Shown here: in pieces, positions 1-9,732 of the stretch
How the letters are laid out: every line of letters begins with the position of its first letter
How positions within the stretch are numbered: the first letter of the stretch is position 1
DNA from: an uncultured Pedosphaera sp.
GTDB lineage: Bacteria; Verrucomicrobiota; Verrucomicrobiia; Limisphaerales; Pedosphaeraceae
Reading direction: 5' to 3'
NCBI GenBank assembly: GCA_903930565.1
Contig: CAIYZC010000357.1
Coordinates: forward strand, 4,728 to 68,727
Length of the DNA: 64,000 nucleotides
Position numbers and translations under genes: made by a program
Notes under the pieces: model-generated
Database searches by the model: none
Told to the model about the DNA's origin: nothing
Seen by the model: the letters and a program-made list of their open reading frames with translations, nothing else

Positions 1-1
1 C

Positions 2-340
2 GTGCGCAAAGTGCCCATTGCCGAGGACCTGGTGCGCCACGCCGTTCGGCTCGCCGCGGCCTCCCGGCCCCGCCAGCCGCACACCAGCCCTTTTGTCAAC
101 GAGTGGGTCAATTGGGGCGCGGGTTTGCGCGCCGGTCAGTTCCTCGTGCTGGGCGCCAAGGTCCGTGCCCTCCTGCACGGCCGCACGCACGTCACCCGCG
201 AGGATTTGCACGCGCTCGCGCTGCCCACGCTGCGCCACCGCATCCTGCTCAACTACCGCGCCGAAGCCGAGGGCGTGACGGTGGACCGCGTCATCGAACG
301 TTTGGTCGAGCATGTTTCCTCCGCCTCCGGCCGGCCATGA
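2..340 (+). CDS. MoxR-like AAA+ ATPase, C-terminal fragment (5' end outside window)
   Basis: ORF is open from the window edge. The C-terminal lid sequence '...WGAGLRAGQFLVLGAKVRALLHGRTHVTREDLHALALPTLRHRILLNYRAEAEG' is typical of MoxR-type ATPases. Its stop overlaps the next start (ATGA at 337-340), and the next gene is DUF58, the canonical MoxR partner. Confidence 0.8.
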   Translation: MRKVPIAEDLVRHAVRLAAASRPRQPHTSPFVNEWVNWGAGLRAGQFLVLGAKVRALLHGRTHVTREDLHALALPTLRHRILLNYRAEAEGVTVDRVIERLVEHVSSASGRP

Positions 341-1299
341 GCACCGCCCCCGCCAACGCCCCCGCTCCGGCCCCGGCCGCGCCCCCCGGCGCGCGCGGCT
401 TGATCGACCCGGTCACGCTCATGTCGATCCGCAATCTCGAAATGCGGGCCCGCGTGGTGGTGGAGGGCTTTTGGCATGGCCTGCACCGGAGCCCGTACCA
501 CGGCTTTTCGGTCGAGTTCAGCGAATACCGGGAGTATTCCCCGGGCGACGACACCCGGTACCTCGATTGGCGCCTCTATGCGCGGAGCGACCGATATTAC
601 ATCAAGAAGTTCGAGGACGAAACGAACCTCCGCTGCCATTTGCTCGTGGACAACAGCCGCTCCATGACCTACGGCTCGGTTGGCTACACCAAGTCCCAAT
701 ACGCCAACACGCTGGCGGCGACGCTGGCTTATTTCCTGCACCAGCAGGGCGACGCGGTCGGCTTGCTCACCTTCGACGAGGCGATCCGCGATTACCTGCC
801 CGCCCGCCACCGTCCCGGCCACTTGCGCCATATCATGCTCAAGCTGGAGCGCCCCGCCGATGGCACTTCCACCAGCCTGGCGGCGCCCTTGGCCCGCATC
901 GTCCGCACGGTCACCAAACGCGCCCTCCTTGTTTTGATTTCGGACCTGCTCGCCCCGCTGGACACGTTGGAAAAGGATCTCACCACCCTGGCCGCCTGCG
1001 GCCACGAAATCGTGGTCTTTCACGTCTTGGATCCCGCGGAACTCACCTTCAATTTCGGCCCGGCCGTGACCTTCAAGGATGTGGAATCCGGCCGCGAAAT
1101 TTATGTCGACCCCGCCGCGGCCCGGGCCGGGTATCTGGAAAAACTGCGCGCGCACAACACGGCCGTCGAGGCCGCCTGCAAGAAGCTGGGCGTCGGCTAC
1201 CGCCTGCTGGCCAGCGATCAACCGCTGGAACTCGCCTTGTTCGATTTCCTCCGCGAGCGGATGACGCGCGGTAAATTGGTGAAACGCCGCCTCGCCTGA
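337..1299 (+). CDS. DUF58 (vWA-like) domain protein
   Basis: ATG at 337 overlaps the moxR stop. Carries the DUF58 hallmark 'GDDTRYLDWRLYARSDRYYIKKFEDE'. The longer ORF from 103 would overlap moxR out of frame and is rejected. Confidence 0.85.
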   Translation: MSTAPANAPAPAPAAPPGARGLIDPVTLMSIRNLEMRARVVVEGFWHGLHRSPYHGFSVEFSEYREYSPGDDTRYLDWRLYARSDRYYIKKFEDETNLRCHLLVDNSRSMTYGSVGYTKSQYANTLAATLAYFLHQQGDAVGLLTFDEAIRDYLPARHRPGHLRHIMLKLERPADGTSTSLAAPLARIVRTVTKRALLVLISDLLAPLDTLEKDLTTLAACGHEIVVFHVLDPAELTFNFGPAVTFKDVESGREIYVDPAAARAGYLEKLRAHNTAVEAACKKLGVGYRLLASDQPLELALFDFLRERMTRGKLVKRRLA

Positions 1300-1321
1300 T
1301 GACGAATCCCACTCCCCCGGC

Positions 1322-3439
1322 ATGAGTTTTCTCGCCCCCTTTTTTCTGCTCGGCGCCCTGGCGGTCGGCCTGCCGATATTTCTGCACCTCATCCGCCGCT
1401 CCGCGCGCGACCAGGTGCCGTTCAGCTCGCTGCTCTTTCTCCAGCCCACCCCGCCGCGCGTCACGAAGCGCAGCCGCCTGGAGCACCTCCTGCTCCTCCT
1501 CCTGCGCTGCTTGATCATCTGCCTGCTGGCGCTCGGCTTCGCCCGCCCCTTCGTCCAACGCGCCACCCTCGCCGATCCCGCCGCCGCGCGGGGGGCCAAG
1601 GTGATTCTGCTCTTGGACCGCAGCGCCAGCATGCGCCGCGCCGGCGTCTGGCCCGCCGCCCTGGCCCGCGCCCGCGCCGCCCTCGCCGAAACCGGCCCGG
1701 GCGATCAAGTGGCGGTTTATACCTTTGATGACGAGGTGCGCGCCTTTCTGAGCTTTGACGAATGGGCCGCGCTGCCCGCGGATCAACGCGGGCCGGTGTT
1801 GTCCAAACGCTTGGACAGCCTGCAACCCGGTTGGGGCGCCACCCATCTTGGCCACGCGCTCACCCGCGCCGCCGAAGCGTTCAGCGACGCCGACCGCCGG
1901 CAGCCCAACGCGGGCCAACATCGCCTCGTCCTGGTCTCCGACCTCCAGGAGGGCGCGCGCCTCGACGGCCTCCAAGGCTACGATTGGCCCAAGGGAGTGA
2001 CCGTGCGCGTTGAAGCCGTCCGCGCCAACAAGCCCACCAACGCGGGCCTCCAGTGGCTCCCCGAAACCGCCGACGCCCCCGCCGCCGGCGCCGATCCCGG
2101 CCTGCGCGTGCGTGTGAGTAATTCCGCCAATTCCGCCCGCGAAAGTTTCCAAATCCACTGGGATGGCGTTGCCGCCGCCTTGCCGCAGGATGTCTACGTT
2201 CCCCCCGGTCAGAGCCGCGTCGTGCCCGCCCCCAAGCTCCCGCCCAATGTCACCGCCGAGCGCTTGGTGCTCACGGGTGACGACGATGATTTCGACAACA
2301 CGGTTTATGTCCTCCCGCCGCAGGCGGAACAGGTGGCTGTGACTTACTTGGGCGATGAACCGGCCACCGATCCCGGCCAACCGCTTTATTATTTTCAACG
2401 CGCGTTCCAAGCCACCCGCCGCCGTACGGTCACCGTCACCGCCCATTCCGCGGCCGCTCCGTTGTCCGCGGCGGAGTTGGCCGCCACCCGGTTGGTCATG
2501 GTGGCCGCGCCCCTGCCGGAGGCTTCGGTCGCCACTCTGCGCGACTTCGCCACGAATGGGGGCACGGTGTGCTTCCTCCTCCGCACAAATGCCACCGCCG
2601 CGACCCTGGCCGCCCTGGCGGGCGTGCCGGACGTGGCGGTGACCGACCAGGCCCCGACCAGTTACGCCATGTTCGGCACCATTGCGTTTGATCATCCGTT
2701 GTTCGCGTCCCTCGCCGATTCCCGGTTCAACGATTTCACGAAGATCCATTTCTGGAAATACCGCCGCCTCGATCCCGCGCAACTGCCCGGGGCGCGCGTG
2801 CTGGCCAAGTATGACAATGGCGATCCCGCTTTCCTGGAATTGGCCCGTGGCCACGGTCGGTTGCTGGTGCTGACTTCCGGTTGGCAGCCCGCCGACAGCC
2901 AGTTGGCGTTGTCCTCCAAGTTCGTCCCCCTCCTCTACGCCATCTTGGAATTGGCAGGCGGACTGCATGGCCAAGTCACGCAGGGTGTGACCGGCGAACC
3001 CATCGACCTCGCGGGCGCGCTGCCTGCGGGGGCGGGGGCCGCCGCCGGGTTGGTGGTCACCCGCCCGGATGGCGGCACGGTGACGCTGGCCGCCGGCCAA
3101 ACGCAATTTGCGGGCACGGAGCAACCGGGGTTATATTCCGTCGCGGCCCCGGGCGCGCCGCTGGTGCGGTTCGCCGTGAACCTCGCCGCCGGGGAGAGCC
3201 GCACGGCGCCCTTGCCGGTGGAGGAACTGGCCCGGCTCGGCGTGCCCTTGCAAGCCGCCGCCCCCGCGCCCCAGGAGCAGGCCGCCCGGCAACGCCGGCT
3301 GCACGATAATGAATTGGAAAGTCAGCAAAAACTGTGGCGGTGGTTGACGTTGGCCGCTTTGGTGGTCCTCCTTTTGGAGACCCTCCTCGCCGGCCGCGCC
3401 ACCCTGACCGCCCCGGTGCAACTGGAAGGCAAAGTATGA
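1322..3439 (+). CDS. BatA-type membrane protein (aerotolerance-regulator N-terminal TM domain + vWA domain)
   Basis: N-terminus 'MSFLAPFFLLGALAVGLPIFLHLIRR' resembles the BatA_N motif. A vWA MIDAS-like 'VILLLDRSASM' follows. A C-terminal TM helix is present. Sits in the MoxR/DUF58 operon context. Confidence 0.75.
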   Translation: MSFLAPFFLLGALAVGLPIFLHLIRRSARDQVPFSSLLFLQPTPPRVTKRSRLEHLLLLLLRCLIICLLALGFARPFVQRATLADPAAARGAKVILLLDRSASMRRAGVWPAALARARAALAETGPGDQVAVYTFDDEVRAFLSFDEWAALPADQRGPVLSKRLDSLQPGWGATHLGHALTRAAEAFSDADRRQPNAGQHRLVLVSDLQEGARLDGLQGYDWPKGVTVRVEAVRANKPTNAGLQWLPETADAPAAGADPGLRVRVSNSANSARESFQIHWDGVAAALPQDVYVPPGQSRVVPAPKLPPNVTAERLVLTGDDDDFDNTVYVLPPQAEQVAVTYLGDEPATDPGQPLYYFQRAFQATRRRTVTVTAHSAAAPLSAAELAATRLVMVAAPLPEASVATLRDFATNGGTVCFLLRTNATAATLAALAGVPDVAVTDQAPTSYAMFGTIAFDHPLFASLADSRFNDFTKIHFWKYRRLDPAQLPGARVLAKYDNGDPAFLELARGHGRLLVLTSGWQPADSQLALSSKFVPLLYAILELAGGLHGQVTQGVTGEPIDLAGALPAGAGAAAGLVVTRPDGGTVTLAAGQTQFAGTEQPGLYSVAAPGAPLVRFAVNLAAGESRTAPLPVEELARLGVPLQAAAPAPQEQAARQRRLHDNELESQQKLWRWLTLAALVVLLLETLLAGRATLTAPVQLEGKV

Positions 3440-6400
3440 TCGACCCCGGATTGTTGGCCCATCTTGAACCGCTCGCCCGCGGGGCGCGCCGCCGCCGGTT
3501 GCACCGTCGACTCGCCCTCGTTTGGGCCGCCGCCGCCGCCGCCGGCTTATTGCTGTTTCAGTTGCACCGGATGTACGGCTGGAGCACTGGGGGCATTTTT
3601 CTTTGCCTCCTGATCGCCGCCCTGGCTGCCGCCGCCCGCGAGCTCTTTTTGCGCCGCACCGCCGCGCCCGACCTGCGCGACCTCACGCGCCGCATCCAGG
3701 AGGAGAACCCGCAGCTGCACACCCTCCTCCTCACGGCCGTCGAGCAGGAGGCGGCCCCGGGCACCGGTGCGCTTGGCTACCTGCAGCAGCGCGTGGTCGA
3801 TGAAGCCGTGGCCGCCTACGAAGCCTCCAGCTTCGGCCGGCGCGCCGCCGCGGACCTTTCCCGCGCCCGCTTGGCGCAGTGGGGCGCTCTGGCCGCGTTT
3901 GTCCTCGTGCTGACCGCCCTTCGTCCCAGCCTGCCCCACGGCGGCGCCGCGGCGGGCCGCGTGGCCGCCGCCGCCCCCGAACGCGGCGTGGAGGTCATGC
4001 CGGGGGACGTTTCCCTGGAGCGCGGCAGCAGCTTGGTCGTGCTCGCCAAATTCCATGGCGCCCTCCCCACCGAAGCCCGGTTGGTGCTGCGCCCGGTCAA
4101 CGAGCGCGAGCAAACCATTCCCTTGCTGAAGAATCTCGCCGACCCCGTGTTCGGCGGCGGCCTGCCCGCGGTGAAAGGCGATCTCACCTACCGGGTGGAA
4201 TACGGCAAAGACCAAACCCGCGAGTTCCGGGTGAGCGTCTTCGATTATCCCCGCCTGGAGCGCGCGGACGCGAAGGTTTCTTATCCCGCCTACACCGGCC
4301 TGCCCGAGAAAACCATTCCCGACACCCGCCGCGTCAGCGCGGTGGAAGGCTCCGCCCTCGCCTACTCCTTTTTCCTCAACAAGGCCGTGGCCTCCGCCAA
4401 GTTGGTGGCCAAGGACGGCTCCAGTGTCCCGCTCACGGTCGATCCCGCCAACCCGAGCGTCTACCACGCCCAATTTCAGTTCGACCAATCCCGGCGCTAC
4501 GAACTCGCCCTGCTGGATGCCGCCGGCCGATCGAACAAGCTCTCCGCCGAGTTCGTTCTGGAAGCCCTCAAAAACAAGCCCGCCGAGGTCAAACTCATCC
4601 TGCCGCGCGGGGATCAACGCCTCTCGGCCCTCGCGGAAATCACCTTCCAAGGCGAAGTCTCGGATGACTTCGGCCTCAAAGCGTTCGGCATTGGTTACTC
4701 CCTCGCGGGCGGTGACGTGAAGGAGATCGAACTCGGGCGCGACTCCAAACCGCGCGAGAAAAAGCTGCTCAATTACCAATTGCCCTTGGAGAGTCTCGGC
4801 GCCCAGCCCGATCAGGTGCTGAGTTACTACGTGTGGGCGGATGACCTCGACAACCAGGGCGCGCCCCGGCGCACGGTCAGCGACATGTTCTTCGCCGAGA
4901 TCAAACCCTTCGATGAAATCTTTCGCGAAGGCCAGCCCGGCGATCCCAGCGAAAGTCAGGATCAGCAATCGCAGAGCGGCCAGCAGGGCGGAGGTTCCCA
5001 ATCCGAGAAGCTCGCCGATCTGCAGAAGCAAATTCTCAGCGCCACGTGGAATCTCAAGCGCCGCGAAAACGCCCCCCGCCCCTCGACCAGCTACACCAAT
5101 GATGTCTCGGTGATCCGCGACTCGCAGGACGACGCGCTCAAACAGGTGCGCGAAATGCAGGGGGCGGTTTCCGATCCCCGGCTCAAACCCTTCGTGGACG
5201 CCGCGGAGAAGGCCATGGTCAAGGCGCGCACCCAATTGGCCGAGGCCACGGATAAAAACGTGATTACGCCCCTGACTCCGGCTTTGGCCGATGAACAATC
5301 CGCCCTCCAGGCGGTGCTCAAGCTCCAGGCCCGCGAATACAACGTCACCCAGCAACGCAGCCAGCGCGGGCAACGGGGCCAGCAAGGCCAGCGTGGTCAG
5401 CGGCAGGCGAGTCAGTTGGACCTCAAGCAATCGGACAACCGCTACGAAAATCAACGCGAGGCTTCCGCCCAACAAACCCCCGAGCAGAAGGAACAGGTGC
5501 AGGTGGTCAACCGCCTCAAGGAGCTCGCCCAGCGCCAGCAGGACCTCAACCAGCGCCTGAAGGAGCTCCAGACCGCCCTCCAGGAAGCCCGCGACGAACG
5601 TGAACGGGAAGCCGTGCGCGACCGGCTCAAGCGCCTCCGCGAGGAGCAACAGGACATGCTCGCGGATGTCGATGAACTCCGCCAGCGCATGGACCGCCCG
5701 GAAAACCAATCCCGCATGGCCGAGGAGCGCCAGCAGCTCGACCAGACCCGCCAGGAAGTGCAGCAGACCGCCGAGGCCATCGAGCAGCAGTCCGTGCCCC
5801 AGGCCCTCGCCTCCGGCACCCGCGCGCAGCGCGATCTCCAGCAACTCCACGACGACGTCCGCAAAAAGAGTTCGGCCCAGTTCGCCGATGACATGCGCCG
5901 CATGCGCGACGACGCCCGCCAGCTCGCGCAAAAGGAGGAGGATTTGGCGAAAAAGATGTCCGAACTGGCGGATGCCAAACAAAAGACGCTCGCCGATTCC
6001 GAAGCCCGCCACGCCCTCGCCGAGCAGCTGAGCGGCCAAAAGGCCGGGCTCACCAACCTGTTCAACGAAATGCGCACGGTTTCCGAACAGGCGGAAACCA
6101 CCGAACCGCTGTTGTCGCAGCAACTCTACGACACCCTCCGCCAGTCCGCGCCGGACAAGCTTGACGCCGCCCTCGATCAAACCGCGGACTTGGTGCAACG
6201 CGGCTTCGTTCCGATGGCCGGCGATTATGAGCAACCCGCGCGCAAGGGCATCAACGATCTCAAGCAAGCCGTCGAACGCGCCGCCGAAAGCGTGCTCGGC
6301 GACGAAACTGAATCCCTGCGGCTCGCCCGGCAGGAGTTGGAAAAGTTAAGCCAACAACTCGATCAGGAACTCGCCCGCGCCGCCGCCCGCGACACCAACG

Positions 6401-7320
6401 CCACCGCCGCCGCCGCCGGCGGGCGCGAGCCCGGTGACCAAGCCGGCGCGCAACCCGGGAAAGAAGGGCAGGCCGGTCAGGCCGGTCAGCCCGGCCAACG
6501 TGGTCAGGCCGGCGGCCGCCAACCCGGCGATCAAGCCGGTGCGCAGCCCGGCCAGGAGGGTCAGCCCGGTCAGGCGGGTGGTCAAGGCCAGGAGGGCCGG
6601 AGCGGCCAGGCCGGGCAGGGGAGCCAGCCCGGACAGGGCGACCAGCCGGGGCAGTCCGGCCAAGCCGGCGCCGGCCAGGGTCAACGCGGCCAGCGCGGGC
6701 AGCGTGGCCAAGGCGGCCAGGGTGGCCAGGGCGGCCAGGCTGGTCAGTCCGACCCGTCGGACCAGTCCGACTCGTCCGATCCGTCCAACCCAGCCGGCCA
6801 ACAAGCCGGCGCCCGCCAAGGCCAGCGTGGTCAGCGTGGCCAAGGGGGTCAGGCCGGCGGCCAGCGCGGCGGTCAACGCGCCGGCGCCAATGGCGGCGGC
6901 GAGCGCCCAACTCTCGACGGTGATCCCACCGCTGCGGGCGGCAACTTCGTCGATGGCGGCAACGGCGGCGGCAATTACGGCGGCCCGCTCACCGGCGCCG
7001 ATTACACCGATTGGTCCGACCGCCTCCGCAATGTCGAGGAAATGGTGGATTCCCCCGAGTTGCGCACCCAAGCCGCCCGCATTCGCGACCGCGCCAAGGC
7101 CGTGCGCCAGGACTTCAAGAAAGTCGGTAAAAAGCCCGACTGGGCCGTGGTGCGCCAGGAGATTTCCCGCCCGCTCGCGGAGCTCCGCGCCCGGGTGGAT
7201 GAGGAAATCGCCCGCCGGACGTCGCAGGACGCCCTGGTGCCCCTCGATCGCGATCCCGTGCCCGCGCAATATTCCGAGCTGGTGCGCCGCTATTACGAAC
7301 AATTGGGAAAAGGCAACTAA
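3436..7320 (+). CDS. Large membrane-anchored coiled-coil protein with Gly/Gln-rich tract (DUF4175-like), function unknown
   Basis: ATG at 3436 overlaps the upstream stop (ATGA). Two N-terminal hydrophobic helices are followed by a long charged heptad-like region (aa ~640-1000) and then a (GQX)n tract. Codon-phased GC3 bias is consistent with coding. Confidence 0.7.
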   Translation: MIDPGLLAHLEPLARGARRRRLHRRLALVWAAAAAAGLLLFQLHRMYGWSTGGIFLCLLIAALAAAARELFLRRTAAPDLRDLTRRIQEENPQLHTLLLTAVEQEAAPGTGALGYLQQRVVDEAVAAYEASSFGRRAAADLSRARLAQWGALAAFVLVLTALRPSLPHGGAAAGRVAAAAPERGVEVMPGDVSLERGSSLVVLAKFHGALPTEARLVLRPVNEREQTIPLLKNLADPVFGGGLPAVKGDLTYRVEYGKDQTREFRVSVFDYPRLERADAKVSYPAYTGLPEKTIPDTRRVSAVEGSALAYSFFLNKAVASAKLVAKDGSSVPLTVDPANPSVYHAQFQFDQSRRYELALLDAAGRSNKLSAEFVLEALKNKPAEVKLILPRGDQRLSALAEITFQGEVSDDFGLKAFGIGYSLAGGDVKEIELGRDSKPREKKLLNYQLPLESLGAQPDQVLSYYVWADDLDNQGAPRRTVSDMFFAEIKPFDEIFREGQPGDPSESQDQQSQSGQQGGGSQSEKLADLQKQILSATWNLKRRENAPRPSTSYTNDVSVIRDSQDDALKQVREMQGAVSDPRLKPFVDAAEKAMVKARTQLAEATDKNVITPLTPALADEQSALQAVLKLQAREYNVTQQRSQRGQRGQQGQRGQRQASQLDLKQSDNRYENQREASAQQTPEQKEQVQVVNRLKELAQRQQDLNQRLKELQTALQEARDEREREAVRDRLKRLREEQQDMLADVDELRQRMDRPENQSRMAEERQQLDQTRQEVQQTAEAIEQQSVPQALASGTRAQRDLQQLHDDVRKKSSAQFADDMRRMRDDARQLAQKEEDLAKKMSELADAKQKTLADSEARHALAEQLSGQKAGLTNLFNEMRTVSEQAETTEPLLSQQLYDTLRQSAPDKLDAALDQTADLVQRGFVPMAGDYEQPARKGINDLKQAVERAAESVLGDETESLRLARQELEKLSQQLDQELARAAARDTNATAAAAGGREPGDQAGAQPGKEGQAGQAGQPGQRGQAGGRQPGDQAGAQPGQEGQPGQAGGQGQEGRSGQAGQGSQPGQGDQPGQSGQAGAGQGQRGQRGQRGQGGQGGQGGQAGQSDPSDQSDSSDPSNPAGQQAGARQGQRGQRGQGGQAGGQRGGQRAGANGGGERPTLDGDPTAAGGNFVDGGNGGGNYGGPLTGADYTDWSDRLRNVEEMVDSPELRTQAARIRDRAKAVRQDFKKVGKKPDWAVVRQEISRPLAELRARVDEEIARRTSQDALVPLDRDPVPAQYSELVRRYYEQLGKGN
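6421..6900 (+). repeat. In-frame low-complexity Gly-Gln-X triplet repeat (collagen-like periodicity) inside CDS 3436..7320
   Basis: Translates to 'GQAGQAGQPGQRGQAG...GQRGQRGQRGQGGQGGQGGQAGQ...GQRGQRGQGGQAGGQRGGQRAG', interrupted by 'SDPSDQSDSSDPSNP'. At the DNA level it is imperfect ggccag/ggtcag repeats. Confidence 0.85.
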
Positions 7321-7323
7321 TTG

Positions 7324-9732
7324 ATGACCCTCGCCGCTTTGGTTCTCTCGGGCCGCGACTGGCTCCCCGTCGCCGCCGGCCTCACGCTCGTCGTGCTGGT
7401 GCTGCTCGTGGCCGTGTACCGCCGCGCCCCCGCGCGCCCCGGCCTGCGGGCCGCCGCCTTCGCCCTCAAGCTGCTCGGCGTGCTCACCCTCGCCGCCTGC
7501 CTCTTGGAGCCGCTTTGGTCCACCCGCCGCGCCCGCCCCGGCGCCAATGTCTTCGTGGTCCTCGCCGACAACAGCCAAGGCATGCGCATCCGCGACCTCA
7601 ACGCCAAGGAATTCCGCGCGGACCAACTGCGCAAAATTCTCACCGACCCGGCATCGCTCTGGTCCGCCAAGCTGGAACAGAACTTCCAGCTTCGGCGCTA
7701 TTATTTCGACAGCCGCCTCCAGGGCACCCGCGACTTCGCGGACTTGGATTTCAACGGCCGCAGCACCGCCCTGGCCACTGCCCTCCACGAAATCGCCGAA
7801 CGCCACCGCGGCCAGCCGTTGAGCGGCGTGCTGCTGCTCACGGACGGCAACGCCACCGACCTTCCCGCCGGCCAATGGGACACCGCCGGGCTGCCCCCGA
7901 TTTACCCGGTGGTCATCGGCACGGATGATCCCATCCGTGACGTCGCCCTCCGCCAGGTGGGCGTGAGCCAGACCGCGTTCGAGGACGCCCCGGTCAACCT
8001 TCAGGCGGACGTCACCGCCGCCGGCTACAACGGCCGTCCCCTCACGGTCCAGTTGCTCGACGCCGCCGGCAAGACCGTGCAGGAACAAAGCCTGCGCGCC
8101 CCGCCCATTGGGGACATCTCCGCCTTCCGCTTCCAGCTCAAGCCCGAGCAGCCCGGCCTTTCGTTTTACCGCGTGCGCGCCGCCGCCAAGGACGAGGTGG
8201 GCCAGTTCGACCATCCCGCCACCACCGCCGAAGCCACGCTCGCCAACAACAGCCGCCTCATCCTCGTAAACCGCGGTCAGGGGCACCACCGCATCCTCTA
8301 CATCGCCGGCCAGCCCAAGTGGGAATACCGCTTCATGCACCGCGCGCTGGAGGACGATGACCAGCTCCAACTCGCCTCCATGATCCGCATGGCCCGGCGC
8401 GAAGCGAAGTTCGCCTTCCGCGGCCGCCCCGGCGAATCCAGCAACCCGCTCTTCCGCGGCTTTGACAATCAGGAGGAAGTCGAGAAATACGACCAACCCG
8501 TCTTCATCCGGCTACTCCCCGATGGTTCGGACAGCGCCGAACTGGTCGGTGGCTTTCCCAAGACCGCCGCCGAACTCTTCACCAAATACGATGCCGTGGT
8601 GGTCAACGACCTGGAGGCTGAATACTTCACGCGCGACCAGATGACCCTCCTGCAAAAGTTCGTCTCCGAACGCGGCGGCGGCTTTCTCATGATGGGTGGC
8701 GCCGACGCCTTCCGCGAGGGCAAGTACGACCGCACGCCGATTGGCGACATGCTCCCGGTTTATCTGGATCACATCGCCCCCGCGCCCGAGTCCCATGAGT
8801 TCCATCTCAACCTCACCCACGAGGGCTGGCTCCAACCTTGGGCGCGCGTGCGCGCCACCGAATCCGACGAGCGCCTGCGCTTGAAGGATATGCCCCCGTT
8901 CATGACCCTCAACCACGTTCGGGACATGAAGCCCGGCGCCAGCACCATTGCCAGCGTCAAGGACGAGGCGGGCCGGGAGTATCCCGCGCTCGCCGTGCAG
9001 CGTTTCGGCAACGGCCGGGTCGGCGCCCTCATGCTCACCGACCTCTGGCGCTGGGGCATGAAAGACGAAGCCAGCCACCGCGAGATGGACAAAGCCTGGC
9101 GCCAGATGTTCCGCTGGCTGGTCGCGGACGTGCCCCGCCGGATTGAACTTCAGGTCGAAGCGGTTCCCCGCGACCCCAATGGCGCCATGCGCCTCCAAGT
9201 CCGTGTCCGGGATGTCGCTTTCCAACCCCAGGACAACGCCAATGTCGTCCTCCAGTTGCGCACCGTCACCGCCGCCCCGCCCGGCACCAACGGCGTCGCC
9301 CCCGCCGCCCTGGTCTATTCGACCAACCTCGTCCGCCTCCCCGCCGAGCCCGCCAACCGCGAGCCCGGCCTCTACGAGGCCACTTATCTCCCGCGGGAAA
9401 CCGGCGGCTACCTGGTCGAGGCCGTCGTGACGGACCCCGCCGGCGCCGAACTCGGACGCGCCCAGGCCGGCTGGACCTCGGACCCCGCCGCCGAGGAATT
9501 CGCCTCGCTCCAGCCCAACCGCCCCCTGCTCGAACGCCTCGCCCAACAAACCGGCGGCCGTATCGTGACCACGGGCGAGCTCGACCAATTTGCCACGGCC
9601 CTCCCCAACCGCCAGGCTCCGATCATGGAGGATGTCACCGCCCCCCTCTGGAACCGCTCCGCCGTCTTCCTCTTCGCCCTCGCCTGCTTCCTCGGCGAAT
9701 GGGCCCTCCGCCGCACGAAAGGACTCGCGTGA
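7324..9732 (+). CDS. Membrane protein with vWA-like and class-I glutamine-amidotransferase-like (DUF1355-type) domains
   Basis: N-terminal TM helices and a C-terminal TM helix. Contains 'NVFVVLADNSQGM' and 'YDAVVVNDLEAEYFTRDQMTLLQKFVSERGGGFLMMGG', typical of the last large gene of Bat/MoxR clusters. Start is ATG 7324 (TTG 7321 also possible), directly after the upstream TAA. Confidence 0.7.
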   Translation: MTLAALVLSGRDWLPVAAGLTLVVLVLLVAVYRRAPARPGLRAAAFALKLLGVLTLAACLLEPLWSTRRARPGANVFVVLADNSQGMRIRDLNAKEFRADQLRKILTDPASLWSAKLEQNFQLRRYYFDSRLQGTRDFADLDFNGRSTALATALHEIAERHRGQPLSGVLLLTDGNATDLPAGQWDTAGLPPIYPVVIGTDDPIRDVALRQVGVSQTAFEDAPVNLQADVTAAGYNGRPLTVQLLDAAGKTVQEQSLRAPPIGDISAFRFQLKPEQPGLSFYRVRAAAKDEVGQFDHPATTAEATLANNSRLILVNRGQGHHRILYIAGQPKWEYRFMHRALEDDDQLQLASMIRMARREAKFAFRGRPGESSNPLFRGFDNQEEVEKYDQPVFIRLLPDGSDSAELVGGFPKTAAELFTKYDAVVVNDLEAEYFTRDQMTLLQKFVSERGGGFLMMGGADAFREGKYDRTPIGDMLPVYLDHIAPAPESHEFHLNLTHEGWLQPWARVRATESDERLRLKDMPPFMTLNHVRDMKPGASTIASVKDEAGREYPALAVQRFGNGRVGALMLTDLWRWGMKDEASHREMDKAWRQMFRWLVADVPRRIELQVEAVPRDPNGAMRLQVRVRDVAFQPQDNANVVLQLRTVTAAPPGTNGVAPAALVYSTNLVRLPAEPANREPGLYEATYLPRETGGYLVEAVVTDPAGAELGRAQAGWTSDPAAEEFASLQPNRPLLERLAQQTGGRIVTTGELDQFATALPNRQAPIMEDVTAPLWNRSAVFLFALACFLGEWALRRTKGLA

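Noticed and set aside
103-1299. Extended N-termini suggested by the ORF track: 103 for DUF58, 3334 for the coiled-coil protein, 21117 for DUF1501, 24718 for M14-like, 25733 for cysK, 31512 for PAP2-like, 38952 for lepB, 48788 for nusA, 53410 for nrnA, 54554 for truB, 57751/58131 for the GNAT/Fem genes, 61076 for DsbA-like.
   Set aside because: The extensions overlap upstream genes or non-coding leaders, are Arg/Pro-rich nonsense, and precede internal ATGs that give canonical family N-termini or stop/start overlaps. The internal starts were used instead.
3547-6267. Very long antisense or out-of-frame ORFs: 3547..6267(-), 1073..3124(-), 6346..8496(-), 19454..21505(-), 22128..24038(-), 36279..38849(-), 46196..48886(-), 50809..53190(-), 42990..44618(+), 34227..36248(+) and others.
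   Set aside because: Each lies opposite to, or out of frame with, a gene that has clear family motifs. Their translations are Arg/Gly/Ala/Pro-rich with no recognisable motifs. This is the expected stop-codon-poor shadow of high-GC coding DNA.
6421-6900. Periodic repeats that might be mistaken for a CRISPR array or a satellite.
   Set aside because: The period is 9-18 nt, codon-phased, inside a long ORF with continuous reading frame. There is no repeat-spacer architecture and no cas genes anywhere in the window.
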